NCBI GenBank assembly: GCA_049523215.1
Contig: JBEKNC010000008.1
Coordinates: 12,689 to 76,688 of the forward strand
Reading direction: 5' to 3'
DNA: 64,000 nt
Origin: Bacteroidota bacterium
GTDB lineage: Bacteria > Bacteroidota > Ignavibacteria > UBA10030
Of this stretch, positions 19,570-28,653 are shown piece after piece. A model generated the notes under the pieces. The model had not been told where the DNA came from. It did not search any database and saw nothing but the letters and a program-made list of their open reading frames with translations. The position numbers and the translations under genes were made by a program. Every line of letters begins with the position of its first letter. The first letter of the stretch is position 1.

Positions 19570-20655
19570 TTATCGCTTAATTCTCGCCGAGCCACCAAGC
19601 ATCACATGTCTTATTTCTTCCATCGTTACCATACTTGTATCTCCGCGCGTGCTCTGAAGAAGTGCGCCATGGGCTGTACCCATTTCTACACATTCCTGCG
19701 GTGTCGTATTATGGAGTAATCCATAAATAAATCCGCTGCAGAATCCGTCACCGCCTCCAATACGATCTTCAATCTCGAGGTTTTCATACTTCTTCGATTG
19801 ATAGAATATGCCGTCGTAATACATGATAGCAGACCAATTATTGAGTAATCCACTTAGAACTTCACGTAATGTTGTCCCGACAGCTTGAATACTTGGATAT
19901 GTCACGACGACTTTTTTTACCATTTTTTTGTATGCTTCGATAGGCAATGTTTTTAGATTTTTATCTGTGCCTTCTACTTCAAATCCAAGAACCTTTTGGA
20001 AATCTTCTTCGTTCCCAATGAGAATATCAATAAAAGGAACGAGTTTCTTTGTCACTTCGAATGCTTTTTTACTAGACCAGAGTTTGCTCCGGAAATTAAG
20101 ATCATAGCTTACGATAGTTCCGGCATCGTGTGCAGCTTTCATAGCTTCTGCTGTAACTTCGGCACAACTATCGCTCAATGCTGTAAAAATTCCACCAGTG
20201 TGAAACCAACGTACTCTTTTTGTTGTAAATATCCGTTTCCAATCAACTTCACCTGGTTTCATGTAAGAGACCGCTGTGTTGCCACGATCATAGAGTGTCA
20301 CGCTCGAACGAACGCCGATGCCCACTTCGCTGAAGTTGAGACCTATCCGTTCAGCTCTGCCGACACCATCATAAGGAACCCAAATCACCTCGCTCATATC
20401 CATACCACTGGATCTTGCATGGTTTCGAATAAAATGTCCGAGTTGATTATCTACGAGGCGAGAAACCCATCCAGTCCGCATACCAAAACGGGAGAGAGCA
20501 TACGCAACATTATACTCTCCTCCACCGGCGTACGCCTCGAACACCGGCGTCAACTCGATGCGTTGGTGACCTGGAGGGCTTAGTCGAATCATACACTCGC
20601 CAAGCGTCAGTAAATCAAATTCACATTGAGAGGCAGATTGAATCTTCAATGGCAT
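19570..20655 (-). CDS. kdgK: 2-keto-3-deoxygluconate kinase-like PfkB sugar kinase
   Basis: GGGEYNVA, WFHTGGI, SYDLNFRSKLW and DRIGGGDGF motifs; pectin context; start reassigned to MPLKIQ. Confidence 0.8.
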   Translation of the reverse strand: MPLKIQSASQCEFDLLTLGECMIRLSPPGHQRIELTPVFEAYAGGGEYNVAYALSRFGMRTGWVSRLVDNQLGHFIRNHARSSGMDMSEVIWVPYDGVGRAERIGLNFSEVGIGVRSSVTLYDRGNTAVSYMKPGEVDWKRIFTTKRVRWFHTGGIFTALSDSCAEVTAEAMKAAHDAGTIVSYDLNFRSKLWSSKKAFEVTKKLVPFIDILIGNEEDFQKVLGFEVEGTDKNLKTLPIEAYKKMVKKVVVTYPSIQAVGTTLREVLSGLLNNWSAIMYYDGIFYQSKKYENLEIEDRIGGGDGFCSGFIYGLLHNTTPQECVEMGTAHGALLQSTRGDTSMVTMEEIRHVMLGGSARIKR

Positions 20656-20736
20656 TTTTTTATTCCTTTCACGTAACAAGAAAAACATTATCGCTCTTCG
20701 ACAACAGTCCCAAGCCATACATCGCTCAGTGTGCGG

Positions 20737-21816
20737 TCATCGCTGAATACGAGCCGATCCGCCTTTGGCAAATGCTCGCACCTGATCTGCGGTTACCATC
20801 GTGGTATCACCAGGTGTTGTTGTCAGCATCGCACCGTGTGCCCAACCGAGCCGCACTGCATTCTCCGGTGTTTCACCTGACAAGAGTCCGTAGAAAAATC
20901 CTGCCGCATATCCATCACCGCCGCCGACTCGATCGACGACATCAAGCTCGCATGTCGGGGAAACGTACGTTTTGCCGTCTACCCATGCTACGGCTGCCCA
21001 GCTATGCCGGTTCGTTGAATGCACTTCGCGTAATGTGGTGGCAACTGCTTTCACATTGGGATATTTCTTGACTACCGCTTCGATCATTTTGAAAAATGCA
21101 GTCGGATCGAGAGCAGACTTTGATTCGACGTCCTGACCGGGCATGCCTAATCCTTTTTGCAAGTCTTCTTCATTTCCAACCAGCACATCAACATTTTCTA
21201 CAATACCATGAATAACTTCAGCCGCTTTCTTCTCGCCGCCCCAGATGTTCCACAGTTTTGCGCGGAAATTCAAATCGAAGCTGGTTACAGCACCCGCTTT
21301 CTTTGCGGCTTTCATGCCTTCAATGATCAATTGACCCGTTGTTTCAGAGAGTGCGGCAAAAATTCCACCGCTATGGAACCAGCGTACACCATCCGCAAAA
21401 ATTTCATTCCAATTAAAATCGCCGGGTTTCAACTGAGCACCCGCTTCATTGGATCGATTGTAAAACACAACCGGTGGACGCACACCATGTCCTTGATCGC
21501 TGTACACCGTCGCCATATTAGGGCCGTTCACGCCATTATGTTTGAAATGTTTATAGAAGGGCTTCACACCCATCGCTCGAACGCGTTCCGCGATAAGATC
21601 TCCGATTGGATAATCGACCATCGCAGTAGCGATACCAGTCTTCATACCAAAACAATCAGACAAGTTTGCCGCCACGTTAAATTCACCGCCGCTCACATGA
21701 ATTTTGCATTGATTCGCTTTCCGAAAAGGAATGATGCCCGGATCCAAACGATTCACCAATGCACCCAGCGAAACTAAATCTAATGCACCATCCTTTTTTA
21801 TATTCAAACCACTCAT
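20737..21816 (-). CDS. kdgK: 2-keto-3-deoxygluconate kinase-like PfkB sugar kinase (second paralogue)
   Basis: SGGEFNVA, WFHSGGI, SFDLNFRAKLW and DRVGGGDGY motifs; AAGGAG before ATG 21816. Confidence 0.8.
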   Translation of the reverse strand: MSGLNIKKDGALDLVSLGALVNRLDPGIIPFRKANQCKIHVSGGEFNVAANLSDCFGMKTGIATAMVDYPIGDLIAERVRAMGVKPFYKHFKHNGVNGPNMATVYSDQGHGVRPPVVFYNRSNEAGAQLKPGDFNWNEIFADGVRWFHSGGIFAALSETTGQLIIEGMKAAKKAGAVTSFDLNFRAKLWNIWGGEKKAAEVIHGIVENVDVLVGNEEDLQKGLGMPGQDVESKSALDPTAFFKMIEAVVKKYPNVKAVATTLREVHSTNRHSWAAVAWVDGKTYVSPTCELDVVDRVGGGDGYAAGFFYGLLSGETPENAVRLGWAHGAMLTTTPGDTTMVTADQVRAFAKGGSARIQR

Positions 21817-21930
21817 TGTTTGCTCCTTTGTTTTAGCTTTCAGCAATTAGAGATTAGCTTTTTGCTTTTGGTTCTTTTTACTTTATATCTTTTTACTTCT
21901 TTACTTCTCACTATTTTACTTTTATTTGGA

Positions 21931-22764
21931 TCACACACCTGAATATGCCGAGAAGCCCCCGTCGATCGGAAGAACAATACCCGTGACGAACTTCGATGCA
22001 GGCGATAACAGCCACAGCATACCACCTAACAAATCTTCCGGTGTGCCAAAACGCCCAGCCGGCGTATGATCAAGAATCTTTTTACCTCGGGCAGTTAATT
22101 CACCTGTTGCTTTGTCAGTCAAGAGAAAGCGATTTTGTTCCGTCAAGAAAAATCCAGGTGCAAGTGCATTCACACGGATATTGGGCGTATATTCCTGAGC
22201 CATGTGAACAGCAAGCCATTGCGTGAAATTACTGATTGCCGCTTTTGCCGCTGAATATGCAGGGATGCGTGTTAACGGACGGAATGCATTCATTGAGGAA
22301 ATATTCAAAATAATTCCTTCCTTCTGCTCCACCATCTTCTTCCCGAAAATCTGACTTGGCAGAATTGTTCCGATCAGATTGAGATTGGAAACAAACTGCA
22401 ACGCTTCAGTCGGAATGTCGAAGAACGATTGCTCCGGATTGGTCGTCGCCTTTGGGTTATTTCCGCCTGCGCCGTTGATCAGAATATCAATGCGTTTGTA
22501 TTCGGCAAACGTCTTATCCGCAGCTTCTTGGACTTTTGCTTTATCAAGCACATCGATAAAAATAACTTTATGCTTTCCTTTTGTTCCGCTTAATGTTGCG
22601 AGCACTTTTTCGCCAAGCGACACATCACGATCAAGAATGACGATGTTCGCATTGCATCCTGCAAGACATCGCGCCATTTCGCCGCAGAGCACTCCGCCGC
22701 CGCCGGTGATAGCAATCGTCTTCCCTGTAAAATCATATGCCTTTGTTACTTCCTGAAGATTCAT
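21931..22764 (-). CDS. uxuB: SDR oxidoreductase, D-mannonate oxidoreductase/fructuronate reductase-like
   Basis: ITGGGGVLC, NGAGGN, PLTRIPAYSAAKAA and LTARG..ILDHTP, typical of SDR-type UxuB. Confidence 0.75.
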   Translation of the reverse strand: MNLQEVTKAYDFTGKTIAITGGGGVLCGEMARCLAGCNANIVILDRDVSLGEKVLATLSGTKGKHKVIFIDVLDKAKVQEAADKTFAEYKRIDILINGAGGNNPKATTNPEQSFFDIPTEALQFVSNLNLIGTILPSQIFGKKMVEQKEGIILNISSMNAFRPLTRIPAYSAAKAAISNFTQWLAVHMAQEYTPNIRVNALAPGFFLTEQNRFLLTDKATGELTARGKKILDHTPAGRFGTPEDLLGGMLWLLSPASKFVTGIVLPIDGGFSAYSGV

Positions 22765-22832
22765 TGTTGTTCCTTTCACTTAAATTGCAACTTGGTTCGT
22801 TTTCAATAATTGAATCACTGCATGTTCACATA

Positions 22833-24182
22833 TTATAAATCAGTGATCGGTCTGTGTCTTGGAACCAGTATTTTCATGATACCCCATGCGGTGACATACG
22901 ATAACGCACATATGACGAACATGATCATATACGCTGTCTGCGGTGTAGCAATAAAAACATCTGTCAATCTACCCGCTAATAATTGAATGACAACACCACC
23001 TAACCCACCCGCCATTGCACCAATGCCTGTAACAGAACCTACGGCTTTCTTAGGAAACATATCAGATACAGTCGTAAATAAGTTGGCAGACCACGCTTGA
23101 TGTGCTGCGGCGCCAATACATATTATCGCTACTGCAAAATACATAGCGCGAACACCAAAATGCTCCACATTACCAAAATACTGCGTCAGTAGAACGGCAA
23201 GGGGGAACAGAGCAATTATTATCATAGCAGTCATACGTGCCTTATAGACCTGCATTCCTTTATTCATAAATATCATAGGGATGCCGCCGCCGTACACACT
23301 TCCTATAATGGCGACTCCGTAGACAATAAAAGTGGGCCACTTTACATCCGCAGGAGCCATACCAAACTGTTTGATCAGATAATCCGGCAACCAGAACAGA
23401 TAGAACCACCAAATACCATCGGTAAGAAATTTGCCGAAAAAGAAAGACCATGTCTGGCGATAACCTAAGAGCTTTCTCCATGGAACTTTGGCTTTGTCTT
23501 CAGCTGATTTATCTGCCGCTTCATCAGATGAATGGATATACTCGTATTCGGGTTTTAATAACTTCTTATGTTTTGATGGAATCTCATAGAGCCAGAACCA
23601 GAAAATCAGCCATAAAAGCCCGACTGCACCCGTGACTATAAAAGATATTTTCCAACCAGCTTGATCACCATAAGTTACCATAATCCATGGTATTAATAAT
23701 GCTGCAATCATAGCGCCCATATTTGATCCACTGTTGAAAATACCCGTTGCCAATGCTCGTTCTCTTTTGGGAAACCATTCAGCGACGGTTTTTATAGAAG
23801 CAGGGAAGTTGCCTGCTTCTCCAATCCCAAATATACTTCTGATAAACACGTGTACTGCAACGGTGGCACCTGCAAAAGCATTAGCTATGCCTGCGAATGA
23901 CCAAACTATTAATGACCAAGCTAATCCAAGCTTTGTACCTATTTTATCAATCAACCAGCCTGCACCTATCGTCATTAAGGCGTAAAATGCCGTAAAGAAT
24001 GCTGTAAGATATGAAAAATCTGTATTCGTCCATCCGAAACCGCCTGCTTCAACCGATGTACAATAGAATGGTTTTAAATAACTGATTACCTGACGGTCCA
24101 TATAATTCATCGTGGTCGCAAAAAAGAGCAACGCACAAATTACCCAACGATAGTTCCCAATTTTTTCACCTGTTTGTTCCAT
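22833..24182 (-). CDS. exuT: MFS hexuronate transporter (ExuT-like)
   Basis: RWVICALLFFATTMNYMDRQV, GEAGNFP, WFPKRERALATGIFNSG and HQAWSANL motifs. Confidence 0.85.
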   Translation of the reverse strand: MEQTGEKIGNYRWVICALLFFATTMNYMDRQVISYLKPFYCTSVEAGGFGWTNTDFSYLTAFFTAFYALMTIGAGWLIDKIGTKLGLAWSLIVWSFAGIANAFAGATVAVHVFIRSIFGIGEAGNFPASIKTVAEWFPKRERALATGIFNSGSNMGAMIAALLIPWIMVTYGDQAGWKISFIVTGAVGLLWLIFWFWLYEIPSKHKKLLKPEYEYIHSSDEAADKSAEDKAKVPWRKLLGYRQTWSFFFGKFLTDGIWWFYLFWLPDYLIKQFGMAPADVKWPTFIVYGVAIIGSVYGGGIPMIFMNKGMQVYKARMTAMIIIALFPLAVLLTQYFGNVEHFGVRAMYFAVAIICIGAAAHQAWSANLFTTVSDMFPKKAVGSVTGIGAMAGGLGGVVIQLLAGRLTDVFIATPQTAYMIMFVICALSYVTAWGIMKILVPRHRPITDL

Positions 24183-24291
24183 TGAAAATCCTTCACATTT
24201 TAAAGTTAATTATATCCTGTAAACTCACTCAAGAGATTTTTTCACAAAGAGTGACCGTAGTCAGGCTAGCGAAACGATGAATACTGCAACA

Positions 24292-25632
24292 TTACACTTG
24301 TACGATTTCCATTTTCGGTGCAAGTACATGGAACAACAACAGCGCTATAAGATACATCGAAGCGCATAAAATAAACAAAACGAGATACCCGGTTTCCACA
24401 TCTCCACTCAACCGAAAGGCATTGATGACATATCCAGCTAACAATTGGAACAATGCAGCGGCAGTAAAACCTCCCATCGTGCCGATGCTTGTAACAGATG
24501 CAACCACTTTCTTTGGAAACATGTCAGATGGAGTTGTGAGCAAGTTCGCAGACCATGCCTGATGTGACGCAGCGACAACTCCAAACAGAATAACCGCAGG
24601 CCATAAATCGACAAATTTGACTGCAATAACCGGAAGAACCAATAAAGCAAAACCAAACATCGTGGTTTTTCGGGCCCTATTTACCGTCCACCCATTCTTA
24701 ATTAATCGAGATGAAAACCATCCACCACCGATACTGCCAACCGTTGTCAGTGAATAAATTATTATCAGCGGAAGAGCAAAGTGGACAATATCTTTTATAT
24801 CGACATGATATTTGTCTTTGAGATAAATAGGAAGCCAGAATAAATAAAATATCCATGGTACGTCAGTTAAGAGTTTACCGATGAAAAAAGCCCACGTTTG
24901 ACGATAACTTAATAATTGTATCCAAGGGACTTTATCTGTTGATGCCTGCTGTTCGTCAATATCGCTGTGGATGTAATCATATTCTGCTTTTGTCAATTGT
25001 TTCTTATCGGCAGGTTTTTTATAAATTGCGAGCCAAAATCCAAGCCAGATAAGATCGCAAACACCGGTAATAATGAAACCGATTTGCCAGAATGGATGAG
25101 CGGGATCTGCTGCAAAGTAATATATTGCCCATGGAATAACGAGAGGCGCTAAGACCGCGCCTATATTTGCGCCTGAATTAAAAATTCCAGTCGCTAAAGC
25201 ACGTTCTTTTTTCGGGAACCATTCGGCAACGGTTTTGGTAGCCGAAGGAAAATTCCCTGACTCTCCGATGCCAAGTCCGACCCGTGCAATTCCAAGTCCA
25301 AATGAACTCCGGGCAAGTGCATGACTCAGAGAAGAAAGTCCCCAAATTGCAACGGATATCCCATACCCGACCTTAGTCCCGACTTTATCGATAAACCATC
25401 CAAAGAAAAGAACACCGAGCGCATACGCTACTGTAAAAGCAGTAGTAATATAACCGTATTCTATATCGATATTATTGGGGTTTGCCCATTGAATTTCTTG
25501 CTGCAAGACCGGCCTCAGGATGCCAATCACCTGACGGTCCATATAATTGATGGTCGTTGCAAAAAACAAAAGCGCACAAATTACCCAGCGGTATTTGCCG
25601 ATTTTAACTTTTATTGCATTCGCGTCTTGCAC
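24292..25632 (-). CDS. exuT: MFS hexuronate transporter (ExuT-like), second paralogue
   Basis: Same ExuT motifs (NYMDRQV, GESGNFP, ERALATGIFNSG, HQAWSANL); GTG start. Confidence 0.85.
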   Translation of the reverse strand: MQDANAIKVKIGKYRWVICALLFFATTINYMDRQVIGILRPVLQQEIQWANPNNIDIEYGYITTAFTVAYALGVLFFGWFIDKVGTKVGYGISVAIWGLSSLSHALARSSFGLGIARVGLGIGESGNFPSATKTVAEWFPKKERALATGIFNSGANIGAVLAPLVIPWAIYYFAADPAHPFWQIGFIITGVCDLIWLGFWLAIYKKPADKKQLTKAEYDYIHSDIDEQQASTDKVPWIQLLSYRQTWAFFIGKLLTDVPWIFYLFWLPIYLKDKYHVDIKDIVHFALPLIIIYSLTTVGSIGGGWFSSRLIKNGWTVNRARKTTMFGFALLVLPVIAVKFVDLWPAVILFGVVAASHQAWSANLLTTPSDMFPKKVVASVTSIGTMGGFTAAALFQLLAGYVINAFRLSGDVETGYLVLFILCASMYLIALLLFHVLAPKMEIVQV

Positions 25633-25815
25633 TATTCAGTCTCTCTCATCAATCTTATGCTTTTGAATTATTTTATTCCTAATTATTTTTTCTTTTGCTA
25701 TCGTTATCGTCAAAGGATATTCTCATGGAAGTGAAAATCCTTTCAGATAGTTATTCCACTCTTCAACGGTGCTGTTTCTCATGAAGACTTATTGTCTTAC
25801 TCATACACTCTCCCT

Positions 25816-26649
25816 CTATTGAAGCTCATTCATTGAGACGCCATCCATATCATCAAACACCTGATTCTCGCCGCCCATCGCCCAAATAAAGCTGTAATTA
25901 CGTGTACCAACTCCGGAATGAATTGACCAACTTGGATTAAGTACCGCTTGTTCATTGCGCATGACCACATGACGCGTCTCGTCAGGTTGTCCCATCAAGT
26001 GCACTACCAAAGCATCGGGCGCTACATTGAAATACATATATACTTCCGACCGCCGCTGATGAGTATGAGCAGGCATCGTATTCCAAACACTTCCTTCCTC
26101 CAACTCCGTCAATCCCATTACTAATTGACAGCTCTTGATGCCATTGATATGTATCATTCTATTGAGAATTCGTTTATTCGCATCGCGTTGACTTCCGAGG
26201 ACCACGTGTTCCGAATCAGCAAGATGAAGGTGCGTTGTCGGATATCCCTTGTGCGCCGGGTAACTGACGAAATAGAACTTTGCCGGTGCGATTGTTTGTT
26301 CACTGGTAAAAATAATATCCTTCGTGCCCCGACCTATGTAGAGCGCATCTTTCAGCGCCATGGAGTATTCCTTGCCGTCAACAATTATGGTTCCGTCGCC
26401 GCCAATGTTGATAACGCCAATTTCACGACGTTCTGCAAAATGTTCTGCTGACATTTCTTTCTTTGTCGCTAGCAACTTTAATTCCCGCTTCACAGGTACG
26501 GCAGAACCTGTTATTGATCTATCGATATCGGAATAAGTCATTGGTACAGTATCAGGTACAAAAAGATTGTCGATGAGGTATGCTTTCCGTAATTCATCGG
26601 TCGTCATCGTTCGGAATCCCTTTGGATCCGTTGTTGATCTCATATCCAT
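25816..26649 (-). CDS. kduI: 5-dehydro-4-deoxy-D-glucuronate isomerase
   Basis: RREIGVINIGG, SCQLVMG, WNTMPAHTHQRRSEVY and WAMGGENQ motifs. Confidence 0.95.
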   Translation of the reverse strand: MDMRSTTDPKGFRTMTTDELRKAYLIDNLFVPDTVPMTYSDIDRSITGSAVPVKRELKLLATKKEMSAEHFAERREIGVINIGGDGTIIVDGKEYSMALKDALYIGRGTKDIIFTSEQTIAPAKFYFVSYPAHKGYPTTHLHLADSEHVVLGSQRDANKRILNRMIHINGIKSCQLVMGLTELEEGSVWNTMPAHTHQRRSEVYMYFNVAPDALVVHLMGQPDETRHVVMRNEQAVLNPSWSIHSGVGTRNYSFIWAMGGENQVFDDMDGVSMNELQ

Positions 26650-26790
26650 GATGTCACTCCTCTTGATTCTTCTTTTACGTGCAAATACACATGTTCAGAA
26701 TCCAAATAAAACGTTTCGGACACAATCTTGCGATTCGCATACAATTGAATCATGCTATCTGTGTGCAACAAAGACTCTACTTATCCTTCC

Positions 26791-27750
26791 TCACAATTGA
26801 ATGAGGTGAATTGCAAAACCGCCTATTTCAAGGTCAAGGTACACCGTAGAGAGTTTTCCATCTTGCATGTTCTTTGTTTCAGGTTTAATGTTAATTCCCC
26901 TCAGTGCAAGATGAGCAATCGCACGTTCAATGAAATTAGTGGCAATAGCAATATGACCGTTCGTGCCGAGATACTGCCGCTTGAGCACCTCAAATTGCGT
27001 CCCAACAAAGAATGAGCCGTCTGTTTCGCGTACTCCGAAATTAAAGATTTTTTCTATTGTTGTAGCAATTTGTTTCGCATCATTGACATTAGGCATATTC
27101 ATACCGATATGCCTGAGTTCAAATCCTAACATTTTGGCGACTGCTTTGTGTGTAAGTTTCATAATCTCATCAAAATTACCAGAATGAATGAATGCTGATG
27201 GTATCATCCAACTTCCACCGCAGGCGAGAACACGTGGGAGTCGAAGATACGAGAGTAAAGTCGATTCTTCGATGCCGCCAGTGGGAATGAATTGCATTTC
27301 TTTGAACGGTGCTGCAATCGCCTTCAGATATTCTGTACCGCCACTCGCTTCTGCCGGAAAGAATTTCACGACTTCAAGATTGTATGCAATCGCATATTGG
27401 ATTTCTGTCGGTGTTGTTACACCGGGGATAATAGGAATTGAATTGGAGAGACAGAACTCAACAACTTTCGGGCTAAATCCCGGCGATACAATGAAACGCG
27501 CTCCAGCATCAATTGCTGTTCGTGCTTGATCAATAGTGAGAACGGTCCCCGCTCCTACGAGCATTTGCGAGAAATCCTTCGTAATCCGTTCGATCACACT
27601 CGCAGCTGCTTGCGTCCGAAATGTAACTTCAATAGCCGGCAATCCGCACTCGCATAGCGTTCGTGCAAGCATCACCGCTTTCTTTTCATCTTCAACGATT
27701 GCAACAGGAAGAATTCCCAGCAATCCAATTTGTTCCAGTATTTTATCCAT
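26791..27750 (-). CDS. eda: KDPG/KHG aldolase with a ~105-aa C-terminal extra domain
   Basis: EVTFRT, GAGTV, KFFPA, PTGGI and GGSW motifs, followed by an extension (LGFELRHIGMN...GHIAIATN...GGFAIHL). Confidence 0.9.
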   Translation of the reverse strand: MDKILEQIGLLGILPVAIVEDEKKAVMLARTLCECGLPAIEVTFRTQAAASVIERITKDFSQMLVGAGTVLTIDQARTAIDAGARFIVSPGFSPKVVEFCLSNSIPIIPGVTTPTEIQYAIAYNLEVVKFFPAEASGGTEYLKAIAAPFKEMQFIPTGGIEESTLLSYLRLPRVLACGGSWMIPSAFIHSGNFDEIMKLTHKAVAKMLGFELRHIGMNMPNVNDAKQIATTIEKIFNFGVRETDGSFFVGTQFEVLKRQYLGTNGHIAIATNFIERAIAHLALRGINIKPETKNMQDGKLSTVYLDLEIGGFAIHLIQL

Positions 27751-27771
27751 AGATTTCTAGTTTTCACGCAT

Positions 27772-28524
27772 TTATCGTGCCATCCAACCGCCATCGACGA
27801 CGAGTACGTGGCCATTCATATAATCAGAGGCTTGCGAGGCAAGGAATATCACTGGACCTTTCAAATCATCCGGTATACCCCATCGGCCTGCTGGAATACG
27901 ATCTAAAATTGTTTTTGAACGAATGGGGTCTTCTCGGAGGGCCTTTGTATTGTTTGTAGCCATGTAGCCCGGTGCAATCGCATTGATGGTGATGCCGTGC
28001 TGAGCCCATTCATTCGCGAGCGCTTTTGTTACCTGTGCGACTGCTCCTTTGCTTGCAGCATACGATGGCACCAAGATACCTCCTTGAAATGCCAACAACG
28101 AAGAGATATTAATGATTTTCCCGTACTTTCGTTTCATCATGTCATGCGCCACCGCCTGGCAAAAGAAGAATACGGTCTTCGAGTTAATTGCCATTACATC
28201 GTCCCAGTCTTTCTCGGAAAAATCTATTGCTGGTGTTCGACGTATAATGCCTGCATTGTTCACGAGCACATCTACTTTTCCAAACGTGCGGATTGTTTCA
28301 TTCACAATGGATTGAATCGGACCGATGTTCATAAGATCAGCTACGATAGTTATTGCTTTCCGATCCATCGCCTTAATTTCTTCAGCAGTCTCGGCACTCG
28401 AAACATAATCCACTAAGACCAAATCCGCCCCCGCTTCAGCCAATCCAAGTGACATGCCTTTGCCGAGCCCGGTGCTTGCGCCAGTGACAATAGCTACCTT
28501 GCCTGAAAGATCAAACCGATTCAT
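27772..28524 (-). CDS. kduD: 2-dehydro-3-deoxy-D-gluconate 5-dehydrogenase
   Basis: NNAGIIRR, FQGGILVPSYAASKG, ILDRIPAGRWG and VDGGWMAR motifs. Confidence 0.93.
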   Translation of the reverse strand: MNRFDLSGKVAIVTGASTGLGKGMSLGLAEAGADLVLVDYVSSAETAEEIKAMDRKAITIVADLMNIGPIQSIVNETIRTFGKVDVLVNNAGIIRRTPAIDFSEKDWDDVMAINSKTVFFFCQAVAHDMMKRKYGKIINISSLLAFQGGILVPSYAASKGAVAQVTKALANEWAQHGITINAIAPGYMATNNTKALREDPIRSKTILDRIPAGRWGIPDDLKGPVIFLASQASDYMNGHVLVVDGGWMAR

Positions 28525-28563
28525 AGTAATTCCTTCTGTTTTGTTCGTCCGAATTTATTATTA

Positions 28564-28607
28564 CAAAAGAAGCATCCAGCCAACGAAACACTGCGACTGG
28601 ATGCTTC
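28564..28607 (-). terminator. Stem-loop / probable intrinsic terminator after the T9SS gene
   Basis: GAAGCATCCAG (28569-28579) and CTGGATGCTTC (28597-28607), followed by a short T-run on the minus strand. Confidence 0.65.
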
Positions 28608-28653
28608 CTCTTCTCTCATAAAAAACTGCAAGGAAAACAATCTTTTACGAATA

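Noticed and set aside
5329-21777. Long antisense ORFs (e.g. 5329-6051, 15372-15986, 19996-20583, 21157-21777)
   Set aside because: Shadow frames opposite well-supported genes, with no protein-like motifs.
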